A stretch of 64,000 bases of DNA from an uncultured delta proteobacterium. Its GTDB lineage: Bacteria; Desulfobacterota; Binatia; JACPRU01. Position 1 is the first letter of the stretch. The number at the start of each line of letters is the position of its first letter. The translations under genes and the position numbers were made by a program. Below are positions 31,691 through 42,495 of the stretch, in pieces. The stretch is taken from contig CAVUWD010000019.1 of the NCBI GenBank assembly GCA_963745025.1, positions 318,516-382,515 on the forward strand, written 5' to 3'. The notes under the pieces were generated by a model, which saw only the letters and a program-made list of their open reading frames with translations, was not told the origin of the DNA and searched no databases.

Positions 31691-32623
31691 GTGAGGGACT
31701 TGTTCGCTATCGTTGCTTCTTCCGCCCTCTACGGCGCCCTCGCGATCGCAGGCTCGTCGGGCGCCGATTCTCAGTCCGCACCGCTGCTGTTGAGCGAAGT
31801 CGATGGCTCGGAGGGTGCGGCCGTCGAGATGCGAGGCGAGCGTCTGAGCGTTCGGTTCCAAAAAGCGCCCTTGAGCTTAGCGCTACGGGAGCTCGGCCGT
31901 GCCACTCGGGCCACCTTCGAGGTTCATGGCGCAATGCCGCCGACCGTGACCGATGCGTTTGCGGCGGTTCCGCTCGAGAAGGGACTGCGAAGACTGTTTC
32001 GCCGGGCGGACGTCAGCCTGCTCTATGCAGGATCGGAGAAGGCGCTCCGCGCCGAGCGGCGTCTCGTCCGGGTCTGGATTTTCGCCAGGAACCCGACGCC
32101 CGGCTCCGGACGCGACGCCGAGGAACATCTGGAGGCGAGCATCCTGAAGGCTACGTCCGCGGGCAGCCGCGAGGAGCGCTGGCAGGCGATCGGCGAGCTC
32201 GCCGACTCCAGGGAGAAGAGCGCGCGTGACGCCTTGCTGGCGGCCATGCGGGATTCGGAGCCGGACGTCCGCGAGCGAGCGATCGACGCCCTCGGAGAAT
32301 TTAGAGACGAGGCCGCCATCGGACCGCTCTCCGGCGCGCTCGCCCAGGACGAGGACGTGCGCGAGAGCGCCGCCGATGCTCTGGCCAACATTCCGAGCGC
32401 TGAGAGTGTTGCCGCCCTGAAGAGATCCCTCGAAGATGAATCGCCCGACGTCCGCGCGAGCGCCGTCGCTGGCCTCGCACGGATCGGTGGCCCAGACATG
32501 ATTCAGACCTTACGGGGAGCTCTCTCCGACGAGGACCAGGACGTCCGTGATGTCGCCGCCGAGTCGCTGCACAAGCTCGCAGGTGGCGGAGCAGGCGAGT
32601 CGTCGTCGGGGACGACACCCTAG
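31691..32623 (+). CDS. Exported HEAT-repeat protein with an STN-like N-terminal domain
   Basis: Signal-like helix, LSVRFQKAPL..AL, repeated D.DVR..A..AL units; start uncertain. Confidence 0.65.
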   Translation: MRDLFAIVASSALYGALAIAGSSGADSQSAPLLLSEVDGSEGAAVEMRGERLSVRFQKAPLSLALRELGRATRATFEVHGAMPPTVTDAFAAVPLEKGLRRLFRRADVSLLYAGSEKALRAERRLVRVWIFARNPTPGSGRDAEEHLEASILKATSAGSREERWQAIGELADSREKSARDALLAAMRDSEPDVRERAIDALGEFRDEAAIGPLSGALAQDEDVRESAADALANIPSAESVAALKRSLEDESPDVRASAVAGLARIGGPDMIQTLRGALSDEDQDVRDVAAESLHKLAGGGAGESSSGTTP

Positions 32624-32830
32624 AAAAAAGGAGACCTTGGGGATGCTGGTTTCTGCGTTGGTGATCTCGTGGGTTCTTGTTGGCCATCGGCTGCTGGATC
32701 GGCATGATGCTCATGCAAAACGACGTTAGCTGGTAAGGTCTGAGCCGCGTGCGCCACCGACGAGGTTTGCTACCCGGTAGAGGAGAGGAATAGCGGAGTC
32801 GAGGCTATCCAGCGAAAGGAGAATGCAGAG

Positions 32831-33328
32831 ATGAGAACCAAAGAATTGCCTACCACGCTCGTGTTGCTGATTGCCGGGGTTTGGTTGCTCGCGTTGCCGA
32901 CGGGCGCATTGGCCCAAAAACAAGTGTCACCGCTCTTGGGGCCGGAAGTTGGTCTCTGCGGGGGCCCAAGAGTTGGCAAGGTGGTCATCAAAGACCTGGA
33001 CAATGGCGACACGAAGCTCAAGGTGAAGTTCACCAACGGGCCGCCGGGTCATACAGAGAAAGTGTACTGGCAGTGCACAACCGTCTCTGGTGGTTGCCAC
33101 AATCCCTTCTGTGGTAGCGTTTTCATGGGCCAGTTCACATTGGACGCCACTGGCTTCGGAGTGTTTAAGAAGATAATCCCGGGTGGAAATCCCTTCCCAG
33201 GGAAGTTCGCCTTCATTGAGGCCGGGAGTGGTGCGGTGGGGGAGGTCTTCACCTCGACCTTCGGCGAGGTGCCTGCAGGGGCCGCCCCTGTGGCGGCTGA
33301 GGCTGAGGCTGGAGATCCAGTGCAGTAA
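32831..33328 (+). CDS. Hypothetical exported protein
   Basis: Signal peptide ending ALA, 4 Cys, AAGGAG upstream. Confidence 0.65.
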   Translation: MRTKELPTTLVLLIAGVWLLALPTGALAQKQVSPLLGPEVGLCGGPRVGKVVIKDLDNGDTKLKVKFTNGPPGHTEKVYWQCTTVSGGCHNPFCGSVFMGQFTLDATGFGVFKKIIPGGNPFPGKFAFIEAGSGAVGEVFTSTFGEVPAGAAPVAAEAEAGDPVQ

Positions 33329-33629
33329 CATGCCGTGACCGAGTGAGCCTGAGATCGGGCGCTAACTCGATCTAGGTTCCGCCCTGAAAGATCAACAGGC
33401 GGGATCCGCCCTCATACGGTCTGTTCCGCGTCGCTCATGCTAGTAAGGCAACCCATGAGGACGGGTGCACACGTACTGGCGGGCTGGTGCGCTCGGGCGG
33501 CTCCGCCATGACGGAGGGATGATTAGCGCGGCAGCAACGAGAACAGACTTCCACATAGCCCTCTTCCGCACCACCGTGTGCCGCAAGTACACCGCACGCC
33601 ACGACACCGCGAGGGAGCTAAACATCGAT

Positions 33630-34706
33630 TCAGATATTTGGCTTCTGGTCCAGGCGCGCATTCTTCGCCAGCGCCAGCGCCGCTTCGAGCGGACTTGCCG
33701 TGCCCGCGACGATGCGCTCGACCCAAGGCTCGATGCTCGCGGGAAACCCTTCCGCTCCGGGCTCGCGCTCGTAAGGCGCAAGCAGCATCGCGGACAGGGC
33801 GCGCAGCACTTGCGCGTAGGCGCGCTCGCGCGTGCGCTGCCTGCGGCGGCCCGTGCGCTCACTCCAGGCAATGAATTCGTCGATCCTGGCCGCAAGCTCT
33901 GGCACCTGGCGGTTTTCGCTTGCGACTACGCGCAGCACCGGCGGCACCCACGCGGATTCGTCTCGCCGCGGGTCGCCGTGGCGGCGCTGCAATGCCGCGA
34001 GCCCTGGGCTGAGCGCGCCGGATGCGGATGGCGGAACGGTCGCTCGACCCCCGCGCAGGTTCACGCCGGGCCGTCCGCTGTAGACGGCGGCCAGTGCATC
34101 CTCGACGTCGAGCGCCGCACCTTCGGCGCCCGGCAGATCCGCCTTGTTGAGAACGAACACGTCGCCGATTTCCATCAGCCCGGCCTTCGACGCCTGCACG
34201 CCGTCACCGAGCCCGGGCACCGTCAGCACCACCGTGCAATCCGCCGTTTCATGGATTTCGACGTCGGACTGGCCCGCGCCGACGGTCTCGATGATCACCT
34301 GCTGGAAACCGAACAGGCTCAGCGCCGCGACGAGGTCGGTTGCGGTCTCGGTGAGGCCGCCGAGGTGGCCGCGCGATGACAGGCTGCGGAAATAGGTGTT
34401 CTCGAATCCCGCACTGCGCGTGCGACGGATGCGGTCGCCGAGCACCGCGCCGCCCGAGTAGGGGCTCGACGGGTCGATGGCGAGGATCGCGATGCGCGCG
34501 CCGGCGGCCGCCCAGTGCGCGGTCAGCGCATCCATCAGCGTCGATTTGCCTGTGCCGGGCGGACCGGTGATGCCGATCACGTCCGCCCATCGCGGCAGCC
34601 GGTAGGCCTGCGCGAGCAAGGACTGGTATCCGTCAGTGCGGTTCTCGACGGCGCTGATGGCGCGCGCAATCTGGCGCCGGTCGCCTGACTGCACCGGCTC
34701 AGGCAT
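33630..34706 (-). CDS. meaB: MeaB/ArgK G-protein chaperone
   Basis: [31 protein letters not shown]. Confidence 0.9.
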   Translation of the reverse strand: MPEPVQSGDRRQIARAISAVENRTDGYQSLLAQAYRLPRWADVIGITGPPGTGKSTLMDALTAHWAAAGARIAILAIDPSSPYSGGAVLGDRIRRTRSAGFENTYFRSLSSRGHLGGLTETATDLVAALSLFGFQQVIIETVGAGQSDVEIHETADCTVVLTVPGLGDGVQASKAGLMEIGDVFVLNKADLPGAEGAALDVEDALAAVYSGRPGVNLRGGRATVPPSASGALSPGLAALQRRHGDPRRDESAWVPPVLRVVASENRQVPELAARIDEFIAWSERTGRRRQRTRERAYAQVLRALSAMLLAPYEREPGAEGFPASIEPWVERIVAGTASPLEAALALAKNARLDQKPNI

Positions 34707-35124
34707 GCGCCGTTTGCGCCAGGAGGTAGTCGACGATTTCCGCGATCGGCGTGCCCGACAGGAATACCTGCGCCACGCCCTTGTCCAGCAGCGCCGGAAT
34801 GTCCTCCTGTGGCACGATGCCGCCGGCGAGAATGCGGATGTCGCGCGCGCCCTGCTCGTCGAGGAGGCGCCGCAGCTTCGGCAGCAGCGTCATGTGCGCC
34901 CCCGACAGGGTGCTGACGCCGATCCAGTCCACGTCCTCCTCGATCGCCGCGTGCACCACCTCCTCGGGCGTGCGCCGCAGCCCGGTGTAGATGACTTCCA
35001 TGCCGGCATCCAGCAGCCCGCGCGCAACCACGCGCGCGCCTACGTCGTGGCCATCGAGACCAACCTTCGCGATCAGCACGCGGATCCGGCGGCTGCGCGG
35101 CACCTTCGTCATCGTTTCAGCCAT
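34699..35124 (-). CDS. Acyl-CoA mutase small (B12-binding) subunit
   Basis: GLDGHDVG (DxHxxG), STLSGAH, GGIVP. Confidence 0.92.
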   Translation of the reverse strand: MAETMTKVPRSRRIRVLIAKVGLDGHDVGARVVARGLLDAGMEVIYTGLRRTPEEVVHAAIEEDVDWIGVSTLSGAHMTLLPKLRRLLDEQGARDIRILAGGIVPQEDIPALLDKGVAQVFLSGTPIAEIVDYLLAQTAHA

Positions 35125-36812
35125 CAGAAATCCGTCGAGGGAACGAAGCTGCCGAAGCGCTTGCGCCAGAGCTCGACGATCTCGCCCACCGTGGCGTAGG
35201 CACGCACGGCCTTGAGGACGCTCGGCACCACGTTCGCGCCCTCGCCGGTCGCGCGGTCCACTTCGGCAAGCGCTGTTTCGACTTCGGCGCGGTTGCGGCT
35301 CGCCTTCACCTCGGCGAGGCGCGCGAGCTGGCGCTCGGTCGCCTTGGGATCGCCGCGGAAGGCGGTATTCGGGACATTCGGCTTCTGCGGCCAGAGGTTC
35401 ACGGTCACCCAGGGCCGCTCGCCGCTGTCGATCGCGCGCTGGCGGCGCACCGCACCCTGCGTCATCACCTGGCGGCCGAACCCCCCGTTGATCACGGCAA
35501 GCGCACCGCCGACGCGCTCGATTCTCTCCATGCCCTCGAGAATCTGCTTCTCGACCTGCGCGGTGAGCATTTCCACGAAGTAGGAACCGCCGAGCGGATC
35601 GATGGTGTCGGTGAATCCGTGCTCGTGCGCGAGGATCTGCAGCGTGCGCAACGCGACGCGCGCCGAATCCTCGTTCGGCGTCGACACCGCCTCGTCGTAG
35701 CCGGCCAGGTACACGTAGGAGGCGCCGCCCAGCACATAGGCGAGCGTGCCGAACGCGGTTCGCGGGATGTTGTTCAGCGGCTCGGGGAGCGCCTCCTGGC
35801 CGTGGCCGTATACGGTGGTGCGGCAGGCCATCGCCTCGGGGCGCGTCGCGCCGTAGGTCTCCTTCATCAGCCGCGCCCAGATGCGCCGCAGCGCGCGCAG
35901 GTTCGCGATCGAGATGAAAAAATCGTGCCGCTCGTCAGGAAACAGGTGCAGGAGCGGCGCGACTTCGTCGATGGAATTCCCTTTTTTCAATAACAAATCC
36001 AGATAGTGGCGCGCATTCGCCAGCGCGATCGCGGTGCCCATGCTCGAGCCCGCGCCCCCCGAATTGAGGTGATTCACGCACACCGTCATCGGCGACCAGT
36101 GCGGCGCGTGCTCGACGCACCAGGAGACCGCATCCGTGGCCAGCTTCGCGGCTGGCTCGGGCGGCAGGATCTGGGTGCCGCGCGCGATGTATTCCTTCAG
36201 GGGATCGTTCTGCAGGTTGACCGTATAGCGGCTCCAGGGGATGCCCTGCTTCTCGCCGAGCGCCGCGTAGAGCGCCAGTACGATCGGGCCGATCGAATTC
36301 CCCAGCGTCCCGATGCGCTTGATGCTGTCGACGGGAATGCCCTCGAACAGCAACTCCATGTCGGCGAGCGTGTCGATCGCGACGCCGACCTGGCCGACCT
36401 CGGCGGTGGACATCTCATGATCGGAGTCGTAGCCGCACTGGGTTGGCAGGTCGAGCGCGACCAGGATCTGCTCGGTGCCGATCTCGATCAGCTTGCGAAA
36501 ACGCCGGTTGCAGGCCTCGGCGTCGCCGAACCCCGAGTAGGCGGAAACGACGAACGGCTCGGTGCGGTTCATCCCCGGACGATCGCCGCGCGTGAACGGA
36601 TACTCGCCGGGAAAGCCGGCGTCGCGCAGGTAATCAAAGCCGATGCGCTCCAAATCGGCCGGGGTGTAGAGCGGCTCGATGCCGATGCCGACGTCGGTGA
36701 CGAAGGGCTTGCGCTCCGGATGCGCCGCGGCGGCAGGCGCGAACGTCTCCTCCCGCCAGCGCTCGGCCTGGCTCTTCACATCCGTCGGGAACGGTCGTTT
36801 CGGGTCGTTCAT
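35124..36812 (-). CDS. Methylmalonyl-CoA mutase-family large subunit (divergent)
   Basis: [42 protein letters not shown]. Confidence 0.9.
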   Translation of the reverse strand: MNDPKRPFPTDVKSQAERWREETFAPAAAAHPERKPFVTDVGIGIEPLYTPADLERIGFDYLRDAGFPGEYPFTRGDRPGMNRTEPFVVSAYSGFGDAEACNRRFRKLIEIGTEQILVALDLPTQCGYDSDHEMSTAEVGQVGVAIDTLADMELLFEGIPVDSIKRIGTLGNSIGPIVLALYAALGEKQGIPWSRYTVNLQNDPLKEYIARGTQILPPEPAAKLATDAVSWCVEHAPHWSPMTVCVNHLNSGGAGSSMGTAIALANARHYLDLLLKKGNSIDEVAPLLHLFPDERHDFFISIANLRALRRIWARLMKETYGATRPEAMACRTTVYGHGQEALPEPLNNIPRTAFGTLAYVLGGASYVYLAGYDEAVSTPNEDSARVALRTLQILAHEHGFTDTIDPLGGSYFVEMLTAQVEKQILEGMERIERVGGALAVINGGFGRQVMTQGAVRRQRAIDSGERPWVTVNLWPQKPNVPNTAFRGDPKATERQLARLAEVKASRNRAEVETALAEVDRATGEGANVVPSVLKAVRAYATVGEIVELWRKRFGSFVPSTDF

Positions 36813-36833
36813 GGCGCTTTTCCTTTGCGCGGA

Positions 36834-37808
36834 TCAGTCGAGCTTGAGCCCGGCGTCCTTGATCACTTTGGCGTAGCGCGCGGTATCGGCGCGCACCAGG
36901 GCGGCGAATTCCTCGGGCGTGCGCGTGACCGTGTCGTCGGCCCCGATCTCCTGCAGCCTGGGGCGCGTCTCGGGCGCCTGCATCGCCCGCAGGATGTCCG
37001 CGTGCAGGCGGTTGACGATGTCGGCCGGCGTGCCCGCCGGGGCGAACACGCCGTACCACATGGAGATCACGTACCCGGGCACCCCGGCTTCCTCCGCCGT
37101 AGGGATTTCCGGATAATCGGCCACGCGCCGCGCGCTCGAGACCGCGAGCGCCTTGAGGCGGCCGGAGCGCACGTAGGGCGCCGAGGCCGGCATGGTGTCG
37201 AACGCGAGCTTGTGCATGCCGCCGAGCAGGTCCTGCATCGATTGGCCGGAGCCCTTGTAGGGCACGTGTACCAGGTCGACGCCCGCCAGGCTCTTGAACA
37301 TCTCGCCGGCGAGGTGCGGCGTGCTGCCGTTGCCGGCCGAAGGGAAAGTGTACTTGCGCGGCGCGGCCTTGAGGAGCGCGACCAGTTCCTTGAGCGAGCC
37401 CACCTGAAGCGTGGGATGCACGACGACGAAATGCGGCACCGAAGCGGTGAGGATGACCGGGGCGAAATCCTTGAGCACGTCGTATTGCAGGTTCTTGAAC
37501 AGGCTCGGCGCGATCGCGTTCACCGAGACGTGCCCCATCATCAGCGTGTAGCCGTCGGGCGGCGATTTCGCGACCATGCCGGCGGCCACCGTGCCCGTCG
37601 CGCCGGGCCGGTTCTCGATCACCACCGGCTGGCCGAGGTACTCGGAGAACTTCGGCAGGATGATGCGCGCCACGACGTCGGTGCCGCCGCCGGGCGGGAA
37701 GCCGACGACGAGCCGGACCGGCTTCGCCGGGTAGCCCTGCGCCTGCGCGCAGCCGATGCCGAGCGCCACCGCGAACGCTGTCGCGATGCGAATCAGCGTG
37801 TCTTTCAT
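36834..37808 (-). CDS. Bug/TctC tripartite tricarboxylate transporter substrate-binding protein
   Basis: YPAKPVRLVVGFPPGGGTD, ENRPGA, HVPYKGSG. Confidence 0.92.
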   Translation of the reverse strand: MKDTLIRIATAFAVALGIGCAQAQGYPAKPVRLVVGFPPGGGTDVVARIILPKFSEYLGQPVVIENRPGATGTVAAGMVAKSPPDGYTLMMGHVSVNAIAPSLFKNLQYDVLKDFAPVILTASVPHFVVVHPTLQVGSLKELVALLKAAPRKYTFPSAGNGSTPHLAGEMFKSLAGVDLVHVPYKGSGQSMQDLLGGMHKLAFDTMPASAPYVRSGRLKALAVSSARRVADYPEIPTAEEAGVPGYVISMWYGVFAPAGTPADIVNRLHADILRAMQAPETRPRLQEIGADDTVTRTPEEFAALVRADTARYAKVIKDAGLKLD

Positions 37809-37907
37809 GGTCGCTCTCATGGGAGAAGTGTACATCTCCGTGCGCTTCTCCAGCCGCCAACTGCTAGACGCGAAGTCACCTTGGACAGCCCGAAAGGAGC
37901 GTGATCG

Positions 37908-38306
37908 ATGAGCCAGAACGCCAAACCGAACGATGACCGCAGGGAAACCGGACGCCAGGTCATGCGCGAGGTCCTCGGCGCGCCGTATTGCGAGCGCCGC
38001 GACGCCTCCACCAATGATTTCAACGCGCCGATCCGGCGCCTGAGCGAGGAGTTCGCCTACGGTTCGCTCTGGACGCGATCCGGCATCGACCGCAAGACCC
38101 GCAGTCTGGTGACGCTGGGCATGCTGACCGCGCTCAACCGGCCGCACGAGATGGCGATCCATCTGGAGGGCGCGGTAAACAACGGCTGCAGCGCCGAGGA
38201 GATTCGCGAGACGCTGACGCACACGGTCGCCTATTGCGGGTTTCCGGCGGCGATTGACGCCCTGCGGGCGGCCGAAGCGTTCCTGCGCGACAAGCACATG
38301 CTCTAG
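37908..38306 (+). CDS. PcaC-like carboxymuconolactone decarboxylase family protein
   Basis: G..VMREVLG, WTRSG.DRKTRS, HLEGA, YCGFPAA. Confidence 0.88.
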   Translation: MSQNAKPNDDRRETGRQVMREVLGAPYCERRDASTNDFNAPIRRLSEEFAYGSLWTRSGIDRKTRSLVTLGMLTALNRPHEMAIHLEGAVNNGCSAEEIRETLTHTVAYCGFPAAIDALRAAEAFLRDKHML

Positions 38307-38315
38307 GACGGATGC

Positions 38316-38750
38316 ATGAACCGGCGGCCGCCCCAGATCAAGACCCGGGCCTTCCTCGCGAATCTGCCCATGTTCAGCGCCATGAACAGCGAGGAGCTCG
38401 ACCGCATCGCCGCCGCGACCGTTCCGATCCAAGTGAAGAAGGGCGAGTCGCTGTTCCAGTGCGGCGACCCCTGCACGGGATTCCATGTCGTCGTCTGCGG
38501 GCAGGTGAAGCTCGGCTTCACCTCACCGCAGGGGTCGAAAAGGTGGTCGAGATCATCCGCCCCGGCCAGAGCTTCGGCGAAGCGCTGAGGTTCCTCGAGC
38601 AGCCCTACATCGTCTTCGCGCAGGCGCTGTCCGACGCCATGCTGCTGCACGTCGCGAAGCACGCGGTGTTCGAGGAACTGGCACGCGATCCGGGTTTCGC
38701 GCGGCACATGCTTTCCGGCCGGTCGCGCCGCCTGCACGACCTGGCCGACG
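38316..38750 (+). pseudogene. Crp/Fnr (Dnr-like) regulator, frameshifted, HTH missing
   Basis: LFQCGDPCTGFH then (frameshift) EKVVEIIRPGQSFGEA. Confidence 0.75.
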
Positions 38751-38815
38751 AACACCTCGATTGTCCGACAAGATCTTGGCTTTTACACTTGTCGTAACTA
38801 TCTTTTTTTTACTTC

Positions 38816-40717
38816 CTAGGGCGCATCGTCGGCCAGACCGAGGCGGGCAAGTGTCGCCGCCGTAGGCTGCGCCGTGTGCTTGTCCCAGCCCATGATTGCG
38901 TAGTATTCCTCTACCATACCCTTCAAGTGCGGCTTGATTGTTTTGCCGGCGGCCGCTCCAACCTTCGGCGCTTCCAGCAAGCGCTCCGCGATATCGAACT
39001 CGTCTTCCGGTTTGAAGCCGCGTTTGATCGCGATGATCCGCTGCAGATTGACCATGCGTTCGCCGACGCGCATGGCCTCGTCGGCGTCGAAATCCGACCA
39101 GCCGGTAGCAAGCGCGACCGCTCGGCTCGCATAGTCGAGTACTCCGCCAACGCCCCAGCACGCAAACCAGCAAACCCCGAGCGTATCCTCCCAGAGCTTC
39201 TTCATCTGGGTCTTCGCGACCGCCTCGGCTTTGCCCGCCGTTTCGAACTGCGTAGCGAATTCCGTGTAACCGAGATCGGGCTCGGTGGTAAGGGCATCCA
39301 CCCCGGGGCCTTGCCAACACACCCCGGCACCTGTCGCCACGACCTGTCCGAGCAACACGCTCCAGGCCGGACGCCAGTCGTGCATGTTGAAACCGCCGCC
39401 ACGAATGTGCAGCACGCAGGCCTGCGCTTCGGGCCCCAGCAGCCGCGCTGCCTCCTTCAGGCCTTTGGCCAGCACCGTGCCGCCGAAGCCCTCGCCGGTG
39501 CACATCTGATCGAGCAAGGTCTGGGCGGACTCAAAATTACCCCAGGTCAGCTCGAGTCCGCCGGTCTGTTCCTTGGTGATGATGCCGCGATTGTAGAGCT
39601 CGTAGGCCATGCCCATCAGGGCTCCACCCACCGACGAATCGATGCCCATTGCGTCAAAGGAATCGGTCAGGATGACGGCCTGGGTAGGATCCTCGATCCC
39701 GATCAAACCCGCCGCGCCCTCGATATTCTCCCCGCCTCCACACATGCTCGCGGTGAATCCAGCGTATTCACCCGTGTTGATTCGGCAATCGTAAGCGCAG
39801 GCAATTTCGCAGTTGTAGGACTCTTTCGGCGTAATGCTCCAGTCCCCATCTTGCACGGCCTTTACCAGCTTGTGCGAAAACAGCTTGCCCCACAGCGGAT
39901 CAGTCAGGTTCTTCGCGGCCAGCATATTCGAATCGCCGAGGAACTCATATGCTCTCGTAATCCCGCCGTTGGCCATAATCTTACCGGCCGAAGGCGCGCC
40001 TTTGCCGGCCTTCGGATCCTTCAACACGGCTTTCTGCCATTCTTGCGTAACCTCCACGAACGCGGCGGGCTCGGCCAGCTCCACCCTGCCCGTGCCGCGC
40101 ACCGCCACCGCCTTGAGACGCTTGGAGCCCATCACCGCGCCTACGCTGCCCTTGGCCGCGCCGTGGTTGCGGTCGTTCTTGATTGACGCGCCCGGCAGCA
40201 TCGCCTCCCCCGCCGGCCCGATGCAGGCCACGCTGATCTTCTCTTCGTCGCCGAGCGCGCGCTTGATCAGCCGCTCGGTCTCCCGCGTGTCCTTGCCCCA
40301 GTAAGCTGCCGCGTCGCGGATCTCGACATGATCATCGTCGATCCAAAGGTAGACCGGCTTGTCCGCCTGCCCGGTAAAGACGATCCCGTCGTATCCGGCG
40401 TGCCGGAGATAGGCGGCCCAGTAGCCGTGGCTATGCCCGGTGGCGACGGCGTAGGGGGTGTTGTAATTGAGGCTGACGACGGCCAGATTCGAGGAACTGG
40501 GCGCGGAAGTGCCCGCAAGCGGTCCGGTCATGAACAGGAGCGGCGCCTCCGGATCCGTCGATTTCACGGACGGCGCGACTTCATCCAGGATGATGCGCAT
40601 GCCGAGCCCGATGCCGCCGAGATACTTGCGCAGCACTGATTCCTCGGGAAGCAGTGTCTTTCTGCATTCGCGGGTCGTCAAATTGACTCGCAACAAGACG
40701 CCAGCGAAACCTTTCAC
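38816..40717 (-). CDS. aor: Aldehyde:ferredoxin oxidoreductase (W/Mo-pterin)
   Basis: KYLGG.G, GPL.G, CIGPAGE, GAVMGSKRLKAV, DAMGID, EYY..MGWD; GTG start at 40717 inferred. Confidence 0.88.
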   Translation of the reverse strand: MKGFAGVLLRVNLTTRECRKTLLPEESVLRKYLGGIGLGMRIILDEVAPSVKSTDPEAPLLFMTGPLAGTSAPSSSNLAVVSLNYNTPYAVATGHSHGYWAAYLRHAGYDGIVFTGQADKPVYLWIDDDHVEIRDAAAYWGKDTRETERLIKRALGDEEKISVACIGPAGEAMLPGASIKNDRNHGAAKGSVGAVMGSKRLKAVAVRGTGRVELAEPAAFVEVTQEWQKAVLKDPKAGKGAPSAGKIMANGGITRAYEFLGDSNMLAAKNLTDPLWGKLFSHKLVKAVQDGDWSITPKESYNCEIACAYDCRINTGEYAGFTASMCGGGENIEGAAGLIGIEDPTQAVILTDSFDAMGIDSSVGGALMGMAYELYNRGIITKEQTGGLELTWGNFESAQTLLDQMCTGEGFGGTVLAKGLKEAARLLGPEAQACVLHIRGGGFNMHDWRPAWSVLLGQVVATGAGVCWQGPGVDALTTEPDLGYTEFATQFETAGKAEAVAKTQMKKLWEDTLGVCWFACWGVGGVLDYASRAVALATGWSDFDADEAMRVGERMVNLQRIIAIKRGFKPEDEFDIAERLLEAPKVGAAAGKTIKPHLKGMVEEYYAIMGWDKHTAQPTAATLARLGLADDAP

Positions 40718-40934
40718 GTTGTTAGGCCACCGCGATCCTCGAAGAATATCATCTTGTGGCACAACCAAATGACCGAGGCAAAGCCGGGCGCTTGTTGTTT
40801 TCCCCTGCGAGGCGACCCAGCCGCCGGGATTCCACGAGGTCGACCGCCTCTCGCGACGGCTCCGTCGTTTACGGGCTCGGCTCCGAATGAGAGAACTTGG
40901 AAGCGAATCGGGCTCGACGGTGCCAGAGCCGGCC

Positions 40935-41035
40935 CGATGCATGGCGATCTTCGCCTGCGCGTCCTGCAGCAGCGACTTCAGTTTGGGATCCGGTTCAGTC
41001 TCGCTGAACTTCTGTAAGTCTTCAAAGGGGGCACC
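40935..41035 (-). pseudogene. DUF4142-like C-terminal remnant
   Basis: LQKFSETEPDPKLKSLLQDAQAKIAMH. Confidence 0.35.
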
Positions 41036-41189
41036 GCCTGCACGCAGTCTGTCGGCATCACCCCGGGAGGGGCGGTGTCGAGATATCCTAATTGAGTTAA
41101 AGTAGCCCTCTCTGATGGGGGGTGTCTGGCGGACGCTCATCCTTCGGATTCGTAGTTGGCAGGTCGCCGGTTCGGCGTGGCTTTTTTCG

Positions 41190-41340
41190 GTCGCGTGTTC
41201 AGTGGACTCCGGCAGGGAAGCACCTACCTGAAAACACGGGTGACAAACCTTTCGAGGTGATGTTGGTGGAGCTGAAGGGCAACTCTGCAGCGGCCCACCA
41301 TGCTGCTGTCAAGACGGAGGAGAAGAAACCGGCCAATTAG
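41190..41340 (+). pseudogene. Cupin-domain protein C-terminal fragment
   Basis: WTPAGKHLPENTGDKPFEVMLVELK. Confidence 0.6.
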
Positions 41341-41357
41341 ACTAGAGGAGGCTGCTC

Positions 41358-42167
41358 ATGGCCGAAACGTCCTACGAAAAGCTGATCTTCGATCGCCGCG
41401 GACCGATCATCACGATCACGTTGAACCGGCCGAAGATCCACAACGCGCTCGACCGCCAGCTCTCGGCCGAGCTCAACCAGGCCGTACGCCGGGTGCGCGA
41501 CGACCGCGAGTGCCGAATCATGATCCTGCGCGGCGCGGGCGAGACATTCTGCGCCGGTGACGACATCAAGGAGTTCAACGAGTGGAAGCGGGATGACGTC
41601 TACTGGCAGGTCCGCTCCTACCAGGAGACCGTGCAGATCATCGAGGACCTGACGCCGGTAACGATCGCCGCGGTCGACGGCGCCTGCACCGGGGGTGGCC
41701 TCGAGTTGACGCTGGTCTGCGACTTCGTGATCGCCACCGACCGCTCGCGGTGGGGCATGCCCGAGATCGATTGGGATATCACGCCGGGGTGGGGCGGCAC
41801 GTCGCGCCTGGCGCGTTTCGCCGGAAGGCGCAAGGCCAAGGAATGGAACTTGATTGGCGCTCTATTCGATGCAGCGACCGCCGAGCGCTACGACCTGATC
41901 AATCGCATCTGTGCGCCGAAGGACCTCGATCGTGAAGTCGAGGCGTTGTGCAAGGTGATGCTCACGAAGGACCCGCAGACGCTTCGCCGCACGAAGTTCT
42001 TCATGAATAAGGGGGCCGACCTGCACGTCTCCGGCGCGCTCGCCTTCGAAGTGACGAGTTCCCTCGGCTCGAGCTTCCCGACGCCCGGCATCCGCGAGTT
42101 CACCACCAGGGAAGGGCGGGAGAAGCGGCGGAAGCTGTCGCGGGACTTCTGGCAGCGACGAGCGTGA
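41358..42167 (+). CDS. Enoyl-CoA hydratase/isomerase family protein
   Basis: LNRP..HNAL, FCAGDD, GGGLEL, MPE..PGWGG. Confidence 0.9.
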   Translation: MAETSYEKLIFDRRGPIITITLNRPKIHNALDRQLSAELNQAVRRVRDDRECRIMILRGAGETFCAGDDIKEFNEWKRDDVYWQVRSYQETVQIIEDLTPVTIAAVDGACTGGGLELTLVCDFVIATDRSRWGMPEIDWDITPGWGGTSRLARFAGRRKAKEWNLIGALFDAATAERYDLINRICAPKDLDREVEALCKVMLTKDPQTLRRTKFFMNKGADLHVSGALAFEVTSSLGSSFPTPGIREFTTREGREKRRKLSRDFWQRRA

Positions 42168-42199
42168 TCGGCGGTTCGAGTCGGCCGGGCGGCGGCCGC

Positions 42200-42415
42200 T
42201 ACCACGGAGCGCAAGCGCAGCTCGCGCTGGCCGCGGCTCTGCTGGCGACCGATGGCGTTGGGCCCCGCGCGGGGATCGAGTCCGGACTCGAACGCGCCGA
42301 GTACCTGGTCGAGTCGATCGAGGGCCGTTCGCTGTCGCCGCGGATTCTGGAGCTGCGCGGGCACCTGGCTGCCGCGCTCGGTGACGCGCCGACTTCCGAG
42401 CGGGCGCTGTTGTAG
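42200..42415 (+). pseudogene. C-terminal TPR-like helical fragment, probably from a cyclase/AAA/TPR protein
   Basis: AQAQLALAAALL...IESGLERAE.LVESIEGRSLSPRILELRGHLAAALGD. Confidence 0.5.
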
Positions 42416-42444
42416 AGGACCAGGCGCCACGCCACAGTTGGAAT

Positions 42445-42495
42445 TGCCTGGCCCCTCCTCGAAGAAGCGGTTCGAATGCCCGACGGTGCAGATCA
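42445..42495 (-). pseudogene. DUF488 N-terminal remnant
   Basis: ICTVGHSNR immediately downstream of the nitronate monooxygenase. Confidence 0.5.

Noticed and set aside
41075-41102. dif/Xer site (TTGAGTTAAAG resembles the XerD arm)
   Set aside because: No convincing XerC arm at 6-bp spacing
40718-41140. N-terminal extension of the AOR
   Set aside because: Composed of unrelated remnants; AOR homology starts at VKGFAG
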